Virus record (IMG/VR): IMGVR_UViG_3300027730_000821
Coordinates: 1-64,000 of that record
DNA length: 64,000 nucleotides
Strand: one strand, 5' to 3'
DNA from: an uncultured virus (IMG/VR IMGVR_UViG_3300027730_000821)
Lineage: Duplodnaviria; Heunggongvirae; Uroviricota; Caudoviricetes
Shown here piece after piece: positions 50,033 through 59,368 of this stretch; position 1 is the stretch's first letter; every line of letters starts with the position of its first letter. The position numbers were made by a program, and so were the translations under genes. The notes below the pieces were generated by a model. That model was not told the origin of the DNA and did not search any database. It saw nothing but the letters and a program-made list of their open reading frames with translations.

Positions 50033-50880
50033 AAAAGATATTAGTAACAGGATGTTCGGGCTACATTGGATCACATCTTTGTAAATTGCTTGAGAAAGAT
50101 TACGAAGTATATGGACTTGACATTAGGCAGCCATTGCATCCAGTCAAGGAATTCTTTCAACTTGATATCAATCGTCCGTTGAATATTGATTTAGAATTCG
50201 ATATAGTTGTGCATCTTGCTGCACTTGTAAATGTTGGCGAGAGTGAAAATATGCCTATTCAGTATTATATTACTAATTTGAATGGGACGATGAATGTAAT
50301 CAATAAAGTAAAGACACAGAACTTTATTTTTGCATCGACCGGTGCAGCAGAACATTGCAAGAGTGCATATGGAATCTCGAAACGAGCAGCAGAAGATGTG
50401 GTTCGTGAATATTGTACCCAGCATAAGACTATGCCATATACGATTTTTAGATTCTATAACGTGATCGGTTCATCGGGTTATCCTCCTACTAATCCAGACG
50501 GGTTGATGTACAACCTGATGAAGGCTGCTGACACGAAAGAGTTTACTATTTTTGGTGATGATTATGATACCCCAGACGGTACCTGCATTCGAGATTATGT
50601 TCACGTAGACGAAGTATGTGAAGCAATCAAGATGGCTATCGAGCAACCTGCCAATAAAGTAGAATGCTTGGGTCATGGTGTAGGATATTCGGTACTGGAA
50701 ATCTTTGAGAAATTTGAAATGGTAAACGCAGAAACCATTTATTCTGATGATGACGAAGCAGGTATCAAGATAAAGATTGGACCCCGCAGAAAAGGGGACA
50801 TATCTTGTAGCGTACTAGAAGAAGTGTCCCCCTATATGAAAAATCTATATTCGTTTAACGAGTTGTTGAAACTTTCCTAA
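50029..50880 (+). CDS. NAD-dependent epimerase (GalE-like)
   Basis: 'TGCSGYIGSH', 'HLAA..NVGES', 'YGISK', 'RFYNV.G', 'DGTCIRDYVHV'. Confidence 0.9.
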   Translation: MKKILVTGCSGYIGSHLCKLLEKDYEVYGLDIRQPLHPVKEFFQLDINRPLNIDLEFDIVVHLAALVNVGESENMPIQYYITNLNGTMNVINKVKTQNFIFASTGAAEHCKSAYGISKRAAEDVVREYCTQHKTMPYTIFRFYNVIGSSGYPPTNPDGLMYNLMKAADTKEFTIFGDDYDTPDGTCIRDYVHVDEVCEAIKMAIEQPANKVECLGHGVGYSVLEIFEKFEMVNAETIYSDDDEAGIKIKIGPRRKGDISCSVLEEVSPYMKNLYSFNELLKLS

Positions 50881-52103
50881 TGCATTAATAGAAATGTGTT
50901 AAGCACGTCATTGCGGTTAGCAGAGTCATCTCCGTCTCCCGGTTTAACAATGACATTATACTTACCCTTTTCATTACTGACTGGCTTCTTCATCATCTCG
51001 TCATAGGTCAATATTGTATTAGGCTTGACACTATATTTAGCAGCGATTCGAGCCTTCAATACATTGATCGATGATTGATCTTTATATACGAGCTTACCTT
51101 CTACCCTATCAAGAACGTCTTTGAATAATACTTCAGGAACAACTCGGCTATTCTTAGTAGTTGCGAAATCGATCTGTTGTTCTTCTTTGGGCTTCGCGCC
51201 CATCGAGTAATTCATTTTAAAATTAGCCGGAGATTTACCTTGAGCAACGTTTGCTAATTTAGTATACGCATAGAAAGATACGTCAGGATACTTCTTAGCT
51301 AAGGTATACGCATAGTTAAGGTATTCCGGTGAGAAGAAATCACCAGCATCATGCCAACGAATGATAAGTTTAGTTTCAGTACCTTTCTTCTTATCGACTT
51401 TTTTTAGCTTTTTATATTGTTCTTCGATCTCGTTTCCTAGCATATCCATGAATCCTTGCGGATCATTATACAAGAAGTTCAATAGCTTAGACTGTTCGAG
51501 TGATGGGCTCGTCCACCTGATATAGTCACCTTTCATTGCATAGCAATATGTCTGGCATTCGCCGGCGCCAGGACAAGTGTCAATGATCACGAACTCACCG
51601 GTATCTTCATCAACTGCTAGGCCTTTCAGAGCAGGAAGTCCAATGTTGTAAAACGCACTAGCAGTACCATCACTATGTTGCATCTTTTCATTTTGCTTGA
51701 GAACTTTTGCCGGACGTTTGGTAATCATAGCTCTTAGCTTTTCTAGATCATATTCTTTATTTGCTTCATCGACGATGGGAACATTCTTATTATGAATGTA
51801 TGGCATATTGAACTTATCTTGTTTAGTCTTTTCACTCTTGCGAATCTTGCCGCCTGCTTTGTTGACCTTGCCTGTATCGGTACCTACAGTCCTGCTTAAG
51901 TATTTTGTTAATTCGTCTTTTGGAAAAGGTCTTGCGGGGGCCGCTAATTTTGCTTCGTCAATTTCTACTTCTTGTGGGTTTACCCCTGCACTGAGAAGAA
52001 AATCTTCAAGAGACATCGCCGGCAACCCACCCGAAACAGGTGTTTTTTGCTTGACAGGCCGAGAATTTTCACTTATGATATCTAAGATGTTACGAATATC
52101 CAT
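50877..52103 (-). CDS. GP88-like Fe-S / radical-SAM-like protein
   Basis: 'TCPGAGECQTYCYA', 'RWHDAGDFFS', 'FYAYTK'. Confidence 0.65.
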   Translation of the reverse strand: MDIRNILDIISENSRPVKQKTPVSGGLPAMSLEDFLLSAGVNPQEVEIDEAKLAAPARPFPKDELTKYLSRTVGTDTGKVNKAGGKIRKSEKTKQDKFNMPYIHNKNVPIVDEANKEYDLEKLRAMITKRPAKVLKQNEKMQHSDGTASAFYNIGLPALKGLAVDEDTGEFVIIDTCPGAGECQTYCYAMKGDYIRWTSPSLEQSKLLNFLYNDPQGFMDMLGNEIEEQYKKLKKVDKKKGTETKLIIRWHDAGDFFSPEYLNYAYTLAKKYPDVSFYAYTKLANVAQGKSPANFKMNYSMGAKPKEEQQIDFATTKNSRVVPEVLFKDVLDRVEGKLVYKDQSSINVLKARIAAKYSVKPNTILTYDEMMKKPVSNEKGKYNVIVKPGDGDDSANRNDVLNTFLLMH

Positions 52104-52136
52104 TAACGGTTCCTTATATTATGAGAGTATTTATCT

Positions 52137-53153
52137 ATGAATGATGGTGTCAAACGAATTGGTTTCGCATGTAAGTTTGCAGAAATCAATACTAAGGGTG
52201 AGATCGCTAGTGTCGATGGATTCAACACAGGCGGTACCACACTCGCATGGGCAAAACGTCAGAACAACTCACGTGTGGTCGAAGAAAAGATCCTAGATGT
52301 CGCAAAGCGTAACATCCTAAACACTCACGCACTCGTCAAAAAAATTGCGACTCTTCCTGTCGAACTACGCATGTTGCGTATCACCAGTGATATGTTGAGT
52401 TTCTACACGCATCCCGATTATCATTATTTTTGGTCGCGGCAAGATGTGCAAGACAGTCTAGCACGTTGGATGGCTCCGATTGGTGAGACTGCACGCAAGA
52501 ACAGTGTCCGTCTATCATTTCATCCCGATCAATTTGTAGTCCTTGCTAGTGATCGCGAAGAAGTCGTAGAAAACAGTATCCGAGAATTCGAATATCATGT
52601 TGACATGGCACGTTGGATGGGCTATGGCAAGACTTTTCAGGACATGAAGATCAATGTTCATATCAGTGGTCGTCAGGGCCCCGACGGTATCAAGAAGGTA
52701 ATGTCTCGACTAAGCCCCGAGGCTCGTAATTGCATCACTATCGAGAATGACGAGATGACTTGGGGTATCGATAGCAGTCTAGAACTCGCTGATACCTGCG
52801 CTCTCGTACTAGATATCCATCATCACTATGTAATGACTGGTGAATATATCGAACCCAATGACGACCGTATCAAGCGCGTGATCGATAGCTGGCGTGGTGT
52901 ACGTCCTGTCATTCATTACAGTGTAAGTCGTGAAGAATATTTGTCATCACATCTTACTAATGAATTGCCTAACCTTCAACTTCTGCTAGAACAAGGGTTG
53001 AACAAGCAGAAGTTGCGGGCACATTCTGACTATATGTGGAATAAAGCAGTCAATGATTGGGCTAAAGGGCACTGGGATTGGGCAGATGTTATGGTGGAGG
53101 CAAAGGCCAAGAACCTAGCTAGCTTTAGATTGTATGATTATTGGAAGAGCTAA
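52137..53153 (+). CDS. uvdE: UV-damage endonuclease
   Basis: 'IGFAC', 'RLSFHPDQFVVL', 'IENDE', 'LVLDIHHH', 'HYS', 'AHSD', 'MVEAKAK'. Confidence 0.9.
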   Translation: MNDGVKRIGFACKFAEINTKGEIASVDGFNTGGTTLAWAKRQNNSRVVEEKILDVAKRNILNTHALVKKIATLPVELRMLRITSDMLSFYTHPDYHYFWSRQDVQDSLARWMAPIGETARKNSVRLSFHPDQFVVLASDREEVVENSIREFEYHVDMARWMGYGKTFQDMKINVHISGRQGPDGIKKVMSRLSPEARNCITIENDEMTWGIDSSLELADTCALVLDIHHHYVMTGEYIEPNDDRIKRVIDSWRGVRPVIHYSVSREEYLSSHLTNELPNLQLLLEQGLNKQKLRAHSDYMWNKAVNDWAKGHWDWADVMVEAKAKNLASFRLYDYWKS

Positions 53154-53783
53154 ATTATATAACTCTGTTTCTTTCTTTATCTTACATATAACGCCAGTAG
53201 AGATACCTGTTAGTTTTGAAATTTCTCGTATTCGGTGATTGCTTTTTTCTAGCAAATCAAGTGCTAACCTTAGATTTTCGCCCCTGTTTTTATATTTTGC
53301 TACTATAATAGATAATTTTCTCTTGTCGGTGCAGGATATTTTTTTCCCATACATTCCGTTCCTTTCGCCTTTTTTAGCTTTTGATAAATTTTTACGCCAA
53401 ACATCATTCCTAGGAATGCCTGCTAATGATTCTGATCTTTTCTTTAAGGTATCTTCACTTGGTTTCCAGCCTAATTTAGACGGAGGTTTTGTTCCGCCTT
53501 TATTAGCATTCCATCCTATGTTTTTTTCAGGTCTTAGTATTTCCTCTTGTCTGTAACAATTTTCTTTGGTGTCGGTCAACAATATTGTTTGGATTATTTT
53601 ATCTTGATGTTTTTTGAGGACTCTACCGAAATAAGGATTTTTGTCGTTGCGGTTTTTAGAATCATTCTTATGCTCGTAAAGTCGTCTGGCTGGGTTATTA
53701 GAAACGCCTATGTACCCTTCCTTAGTGTAGTCAGTATGCTCTGGAAGATGAATCCAATAAAGATGGTGGGTATAAATAGTCAT
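53115..53783 (-). CDS. GIY-YIG homing endonuclease (likely start 53783, MTIY)
   Basis: 'LYWI...GYIGVSNNPARRLYEH...E...GWN...GG'; NUMOD3-like repeats; C-terminal HTH. Confidence 0.8.
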   Translation of the reverse strand: MTIYTHHLYWIHLPEHTDYTKEGYIGVSNNPARRLYEHKNDSKNRNDKNPYFGRVLKKHQDKIIQTILLTDTKENCYRQEEILRPEKNIGWNANKGGTKPPSKLGWKPSEDTLKKRSESLAGIPRNDVWRKNLSKAKKGERNGMYGKKISCTDKRKLSIIVAKYKNRGENLRLALDLLEKSNHRIREISKLTGISTGVICKIKKETELYNLALPIIIQSKAS

Positions 53784-53851
53784 GCTGATCGCTCCTCTTA
53801 GCATTAGAGTAGTTGGGTATTTGCAGTACCGCGAACTACATCTTTATTTAT
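53781..53851 (-). promoter_or_regulatory. Conserved structured leader of endonuclease gene, copy 3
   Basis: Minus strand: ATAAATA..GTAGTT CGC GGTA(loop)TACC C AACTAC TCTAA TGCT(AAGAGG)AGCG ATCAGC ATG. Confidence 0.8.
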
Positions 53852-53912
53852 CTTTTTGATTGACAACATATATACTATTATGATAGTATACATATATTAA
53901 GAAAGGTAATTA

Positions 53913-54335
53913 ATGTTTAAAGCAATCAAAGACTGGATCAGTCCCCCTCCCCCACCTATCCCGGTTCCTGAACCCGAAGTAAAGAAAGAGCCCAAGGTTA
54001 AAAAGCCTGAATTAACTCCTAAGGAAAAGGCAACACTTGCAGGCGAGCCTTATATCTCTATCTTGAGTGTGGAGCTTGATCCTAACGATATCAACAATGG
54101 ATCATTCGACTTAGATTGGAATGATAAGTTCGTGCTTAATCTAGTCAAGCAGGGATATAAGTTCTCACCTAAAGATACTGATTCAATGATCGTTGATCGT
54201 TGGTTCCAGACCGTGTGCAGGAATATCGCTTTAGAAGTGTATGAGCAAGAGATTGCTGATCCTGAAAAGCGTGAATCAGAACTACGTATCATTAGACAAC
54301 GTGATATTGGTGGCGGATTTACTGAGGTAAGTTGA
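53913..54335 (+). CDS. Hypothetical phage protein
   Basis: AAGGT RBS; 140 aa. Confidence 0.65.
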   Translation: MFKAIKDWISPPPPPIPVPEPEVKKEPKVKKPELTPKEKATLAGEPYISILSVELDPNDINNGSFDLDWNDKFVLNLVKQGYKFSPKDTDSMIVDRWFQTVCRNIALEVYEQEIADPEKRESELRIIRQRDIGGGFTEVS

Positions 54336-54913
54336 TGAAGAAAATGTTTGACCGACCAATTGAACTTGATGCTCCAGATTTCGTAATTCCATTACGAAAT
54401 ATTCAAAGTCCTACGGACATATATAATTTTTGCAGAACTAACAATATTTCTCATTTTGGATATGGGTTTAGGTTTGTTCGTAACAGTTATTTAACCAAAC
54501 AGCTTAAATTTGGATTTAGTGCCCCAGAACCAAATGTAAAGGCTATTCAAAAAGGTGAACGGTTGGTTCGGCAAATTGCTTGGCTTCCAGGCTGGAATGT
54601 TAATGTGTCAAGTTCTCATGGATTTGAATTTTGGCACGGTTGCACCTCTTTGATTAATCAAGAAATTCTCCCCAAAGATACAAATTACACTGATATTGAA
54701 ATTGCAATTTGGTCGGTTGACAAACGTACTAACATCTCGGGATACCCGTTAACTAGAAAAGAACTTGCAGCATATACTGAAAGCGAGTTGTGTGAACAGT
54801 ATGTCGAACATCACGGCCGTCTCCCGCATTTAAACATTGTAGATCCTACCCTAAATAAAACATATCGGGGGTTGAGAAAAAGCACCTTTTTAGACTTGTT
54901 TGAAATCGGATAA
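54332..54913 (+). CDS. Hypothetical protein
   Basis: 193-aa ORF coupled to the upstream stop. Confidence 0.6.
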   Translation: MMKKMFDRPIELDAPDFVIPLRNIQSPTDIYNFCRTNNISHFGYGFRFVRNSYLTKQLKFGFSAPEPNVKAIQKGERLVRQIAWLPGWNVNVSSSHGFEFWHGCTSLINQEILPKDTNYTDIEIAIWSVDKRTNISGYPLTRKELAAYTESELCEQYVEHHGRLPHLNIVDPTLNKTYRGLRKSTFLDLFEIG

Positions 54914-54982
54914 AAAGACTTGACACCTATCCATTAAGTGCGTGTATTAAAAATTGAACACAGAAATGAAAGTTTAATTGAT

Positions 54983-55354
54983 ATGCAAATTCGTCCTACT
55001 TGTATTAATCACGGCTGCAATCGCCCAGTTGCTAATGACGGAAGTCGCTGGAGGCCTACCTGTTATCGATGCCATAAAGCAGGGTATGGGAAAGGTACTT
55101 TTGCTTTCGGCGTTACCCCATTTCGAACCGGTTATTGCACTAACACTGATAGTCATTTGGGTTTTCCGTGCGCTATTGATTACAAAAAGGCACCGTGGGT
55201 AATAGGCAAAACGCACATTGATCATATTGACGGTAACCATTTAAATAATATTCTAGAAAATGTGGTTGAACTTTGTCCTCTCTGTCATCAATACAAAGGT
55301 ATGCTTACCGGTGACTTTAAGAATCAAGGCGTGTATCACTACAACAAAAAATAA
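54983..55354 (+). CDS. HNH-motif Zn-binding protein
   Basis: 'HIDHIDGNHLNNILENVVELCPLCH'; several Cys pairs. Confidence 0.75.
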   Translation: MQIRPTCINHGCNRPVANDGSRWRPTCYRCHKAGYGKGTFAFGVTPFRTGYCTNTDSHLGFPCAIDYKKAPWVIGKTHIDHIDGNHLNNILENVVELCPLCHQYKGMLTGDFKNQGVYHYNKK

Positions 55355-55357
55355 TGG

Positions 55358-55386
55358 TTGACATTCAGCCTAATCCTTGCTATAAT
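55358..55386 (+). promoter_or_regulatory. Consensus sigma70 promoter
   Basis: TTGACA-N17-TATAAT with TG extension. Confidence 0.8.
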
Positions 55387-55412
55387 ATGCGTATAAATAG
55401 AGAAAGCCTCAT

Positions 55413-56417
55413 ATGAAATATGCACTGATCGACACGGCTAATACCTTCTTTCGCGCTAGGCACGTTGCGTCTCGCAACACTGACACGTGGGAAAAAGTAG
55501 GAATGGCGATGCACCTTACATTGTCGTCTGTCAATCAGATGGTACGTAAGTTTGGCATCGATCATGTCGTGTTCTGTCTCGAGGGTCGTTCTTGGCGTAA
55601 GGACTTCTACAAGCCATACAAGGCTAATCGAGTAAAAACTGACGCGACCGAGGCTGAGATCGAAGAAAATCAGATGTTCTGGGAAACGTACGAATCGTTT
55701 ACTACGTTCATTCGTGAGCGCACAAACGCTAGCTTACTACGTCATCCTACTGCTGAAGCAGATGACCTCATCGCCCGCTTCATCGCACTGCACCCCGAAG
55801 ACGAGCATTTCATTATTTCTTCCGACACTGACTTTGTTCAACTGATCGCACCTAACGTAAAGCAGTACAACGGTGTTGCTGGTCAGTTGATCACACTTGA
55901 GGGTTACTTCGATGATCGCGGTAAGCCTGTCAAAGATAAGAAGACTAAGGAACCTAAATTGCTTGAGGATCCTGAATATCTATTGTTCAAGAAAATCATT
56001 CGTGGTGATGCATCTGACAACGTGTTCTCTGCATATCCTGGTGTTCGTGAGAAGGGCACAAAGAATAAGATCGGCATTGTCGAAGCATATGCTGATCGCA
56101 ACAAACAGGGCTTTAATTGGAACAATCTGATGTTGCAAAGCTGGATTGACCACGATGGCGCTGAGCATCGAGTTAGGGATGATTACGCGCGTAATCGTAC
56201 CCTGATCGATCTGACAGCACAACCGCAAGAAATTAAAGATATGGTTGATCAATCAATACGCACAGGAGTAAAGACCGAACATGTACCGCAAGTCGGCGTG
56301 CAACTTATGAAATTCTGCGGTAAGTATGAGCTTACTAAAATAAGCGAGCAAGCCGAGACTTATTCTAAGTGGCTCAACAACACCTACAAGGGAGTTTTGC
56401 TTGACGAGTCGGTATGA
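55413..56417 (+). CDS. 5'-3' exonuclease / T4 RNase H-like flap nuclease
   Basis: 'LIDTAN', 'WRKDFY..YKANR', 'EADD', 'SSDTDF.QL', 'GDASDNV'. Confidence 0.9.
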   Translation: MKYALIDTANTFFRARHVASRNTDTWEKVGMAMHLTLSSVNQMVRKFGIDHVVFCLEGRSWRKDFYKPYKANRVKTDATEAEIEENQMFWETYESFTTFIRERTNASLLRHPTAEADDLIARFIALHPEDEHFIISSDTDFVQLIAPNVKQYNGVAGQLITLEGYFDDRGKPVKDKKTKEPKLLEDPEYLLFKKIIRGDASDNVFSAYPGVREKGTKNKIGIVEAYADRNKQGFNWNNLMLQSWIDHDGAEHRVRDDYARNRTLIDLTAQPQEIKDMVDQSIRTGVKTEHVPQVGVQLMKFCGKYELTKISEQAETYSKWLNNTYKGVLLDESV

Positions 56418-56661
56418 TGACGGCCGTTACTCGCGAAGTCATACACTTTGGATGCGCATCGGCGGACTGTGGGTATATAAAACAGATACACGGATGCATG
56501 AAGTTTGGCATGCCGACATTGCGATAGAAAAAACGCCTGATGGTAAGTTCAAGTATTTCAAACATCGCGGAGGCGACCTACGATTTCTGAATGAAGAAGA
56601 ATTAAAAAAAATGTCCTGGATTGTTCTTACTGCGGAGAGAATATGCAATGAACCAGATTGA
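56401..56661 (+). CDS. Hypothetical protein
   Basis: GGAG upstream; overlaps both neighbours. Confidence 0.5.
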   Translation: MTSRYDDGRYSRSHTLWMRIGGLWVYKTDTRMHEVWHADIAIEKTPDGKFKYFKHRGGDLRFLNEEELKKMSWIVLTAERICNEPD

Positions 56662-56944
56662 ACTTCTGTGCAAAGACTGTAAGTATTCTTTCGTTTCATT
56701 AGGTAACCTATTTTTTACATTTGGGTTTCCTACTTCGGATATGCATCGATGTCGCAAAGCGTTTAAGCCTAATAGGGTCGTTTTTGACCCCGTATACGGC
56801 AATCAAAATGTCAAAGGTACATATCGTTCTTGTAATTCAAACAGGGCAAACTATGGGGATTGCAAGCCCGCAGCAATCATGTGGGCACCAAAGCACAAGA
56901 AAGATTTATTTAAAATGTTGACAAAGGAAACACACCATGACTGA
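56648..56944 (+). CDS. Cys-containing hypothetical protein
   Basis: GGAG then ATG 56648; 'CKDCKY' plus further Cys. Confidence 0.55.
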   Translation: MNQIELLCKDCKYSFVSLGNLFFTFGFPTSDMHRCRKAFKPNRVVFDPVYGNQNVKGTYRSCNSNRANYGDCKPAAIMWAPKHKKDLFKMLTKETHHD

Positions 56945-57392
56945 TCTAATCGCGAAAACAATCGTCAAAGACCAATTTTGGATCGTTACGGATGGTACTA
57001 AAAAGGTAGGAAATATCGAAGCTAATAACTCTGGTTACGGTGTTCAACTTAACGGACATTTGTTCCAGTTTGACAATGCAGTCGAGTTAAAGAAAAAGAC
57101 TAGGATTCGTTTCGACCCTATCAAGTCAGATCGTACGAAGATATCTCTGCCCTACCCTGAATATCCTACGCCAGAACATGTATATAATTCTATTTTTGAC
57201 ATCACGCGTGGCTTACATCTGTTTACTACCTCTACGAAAAGTAAATGTTTACACGCTGCAGGATGGTTCTTGTTAGAGCAGAACGGAATCAAGACAGTCA
57301 TGTTCTGCCCAAAGTATATTTTCATTCAACGTTACCCATATGAGGGTCCGTTTAAAACGGAAACTGAAGCTCTTAATAAGATAAATATCTAG
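56937..57392 (+). CDS. Hypothetical phage protein
   Basis: AAGGA RBS; 151 aa. Confidence 0.65.
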   Translation: MTDLIAKTIVKDQFWIVTDGTKKVGNIEANNSGYGVQLNGHLFQFDNAVELKKKTRIRFDPIKSDRTKISLPYPEYPTPEHVYNSIFDITRGLHLFTTSTKSKCLHAAGWFLLEQNGIKTVMFCPKYIFIQRYPYEGPFKTETEALNKINI

Positions 57393-57394
57393 CG

Positions 57395-57607
57395 ATGTTC
57401 CTTCATATAAAGCGATTCATGGAAAAGATGACAGTAGTCGAAACAAAGAATGCCAAAGATGTGGTTATTCCGATCGCCGAAGCACGTGGATTGCGAGATG
57501 AGCTTACTAAGCTATTAGCGGAACTGTACGAGCATAGTACGAAACATGATGAAGATCGAAAAAATGAAGTGTTTGAGATACAAATAAGAGGAGGTTCATT
57601 TAAATGA
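57395..57607 (+). CDS. Hypothetical protein
   Basis: ATAAATA immediately upstream; 70 aa. Confidence 0.6.
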   Translation: MFLHIKRFMEKMTVVETKNAKDVVIPIAEARGLRDELTKLLAELYEHSTKHDEDRKNEVFEIQIRGGSFK

Positions 57608-57616
57608 ATGATCTAA

Positions 57617-57922
57617 ATGTCTAGAAATCAACCTAATATTTTGCTCGAACATGTAGATAGACAGACCTATAAATGTGATCAGATTGTAGAGGCTGCTGGA
57701 ATATGGGCTGTATTTCTTGATGGTCAACCCATCAATCTCAAGTCATCACATTACCTCACTAACGATTCTGCTCCCAAGTATAAAAAGACTAGTTTCTCAA
57801 ATCCTGGTCATGCTAGGAACCTATGTCGCAAGCTGAATGCACAGTTTAAGACTGACAAGTTTACTGTTTGTTTTTTAAACCAAGGTAGAACGGTTTACCC
57901 AGAATCCATCACTGATGAGTAG
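57617..57922 (+). CDS. Hypothetical phage protein
   Basis: 101 aa in operon. Confidence 0.65.
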   Translation: MSRNQPNILLEHVDRQTYKCDQIVEAAGIWAVFLDGQPINLKSSHYLTNDSAPKYKKTSFSNPGHARNLCRKLNAQFKTDKFTVCFLNQGRTVYPESITDE

Positions 57923-57933
57923 GTAATCCGATT

Positions 57934-58344
57934 GTGACCTATCCCAAATCGAAGACAGAGATAGTAAAAACTATCTTAGCGGCGATAGGTGACGACCCCG
58001 ATAATCCTTGGAAAAATATACCAGTGGATAAACTTGTGTTCTCTTGGTTTATTAGCGGGCGTACGGGATCTGGATTACGACTAACAGTAGAAGGATCAAA
58101 AGCTTTCGCATATGCACAGATCGCACACTACGATTTTCCAGTTGACAATAGTGGACAAGTTTGGACGGCAGCGGCGTGGGAGAGGTATTCAGTTTTCGTC
58201 AACAAGAAACTACACTGTCCATATTTTATTTCTTCTAGCATAGAACAACAACATCTACGTGTATGGGTATATGATCATCGTATCGCGATGATGCTAGGTT
58301 TGTTTGGGTCACTAACTGAATATGTCGAATCTGTCATAGCATAA
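57934..58344 (+). CDS. Hypothetical protein
   Basis: AGGT RBS, GTG start; 136 aa. Confidence 0.6.
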   Translation: MTYPKSKTEIVKTILAAIGDDPDNPWKNIPVDKLVFSWFISGRTGSGLRLTVEGSKAFAYAQIAHYDFPVDNSGQVWTAAAWERYSVFVNKKLHCPYFISSSIEQQHLRVWVYDHRIAMMLGLFGSLTEYVESVIA

Positions 58345-58431
58345 TTAACCCGAACCAGTTTACTTACACTAAATAGTATCGTAGACTGACACTGTAGTCG
58401 ATCTACTACCACACACACAGAAAGGAATACT

Positions 58432-58710
58432 ATGTTTAAAACTTTAATCAACAACACCGTTGAATCGGTGCAGGCAATGCAAAAGATTGCCATTGACTCT
58501 TTTGTCAAACACGAACCCCTTGCTAATTCATTCAACAAATTCGTAGATGCACAAACCGTGTATACCAAGAATGCCGTTACAGCCATGTCTGAAGCCGGGT
58601 CTTCACTTTTTCAGTTAATTACTGATAAGGATTTTTATACTGATTTGGTTAATACTGCCCAAGAAAGCGTAAAAACTGTTTTGCCTAAAAAAGAAAAGCA
58701 AAATGATTAA
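58432..58710 (+). CDS. Helical small protein (phasin-like, tentative)
   Basis: AAGGA RBS; amphipathic Ala/Gln/Thr-rich helices. Confidence 0.45.
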   Translation: MFKTLINNTVESVQAMQKIAIDSFVKHEPLANSFNKFVDAQTVYTKNAVTAMSEAGSSLFQLITDKDFYTDLVNTAQESVKTVLPKKEKQND

Positions 58711-58968
58711 GCAGTTTTTCAAACGGGCACTAGAGTTTTACCTCCGTGGATTGATAATCAACGGAGAGAATCAGGCTTTTATGCATCAAGCGATGTGGTC
58801 AGAGTCAAAGAAAATTTTTAACCAAGGCACAAAGAAAGATAATTAAAATAATGACTACTTATAAAGCAACTCAACTGACAAGTTGCGCCGGAGGCACTGT
58901 TATGGGTGCTATATGCGTATACATGTTATTTGTTTTCACAAGCCTAATATATTAAGGAGAAGACTTAA

Positions 58969-59232
58969 GTGGAACTTCCAAAATTTCCTGAATTCCGAAC
59001 AACAAAGAACGGATATGAGATCCGTGCTGACGTACTAGAGATGGCGAAGCAATTAGTTACTGAAGAATATCATGCCAAATACATGGGATGGGAAGTATCT
59101 CGGGAACGTGATCCAAAAACTGGTCAAATTGTGACTAAGGTTGCAGCTCCAGAATTTCCAGGGCTCGATAAGGTCCTAGAAGCTGCACAGAAGATGTATG
59201 ACTTCGTGAATAACAAGAAGTCTTCCGAATAA
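58969..59232 (+). CDS. Hypothetical phage protein
   Basis: AAGGAG RBS; followed by hairpin. Confidence 0.65.
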   Translation: MELPKFPEFRTTKNGYEIRADVLEMAKQLVTEEYHAKYMGWEVSRERDPKTGQIVTKVAAPEFPGLDKVLEAAQKMYDFVNNKKSSE

Positions 59233-59247
59233 ATTTACTCCAGCCAT

Positions 59248-59274
59248 ACCCTATCAGGCAATGCCTGATAGGGT
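59248..59274. terminator. Perfect hairpin
   Basis: ACCCTATCAGGCA-A-TGCCTGATAGGGT. Confidence 0.65.
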
Positions 59275-59307
59275 GGTAAAAGAATTTCTTTAATGGGTCG
59301 TTTTTGG

Positions 59308-59336
59308 TTGACATTCTGAATCTCCTTTGCTATATT
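59308..59336 (+). promoter_or_regulatory. Sigma70-like promoter
   Basis: TTGACA-N17-TATATT with TG extension. Confidence 0.65.
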
Positions 59337-59368
59337 TAAGATCATAGATTGAAGCAAAGGACTAGCAA

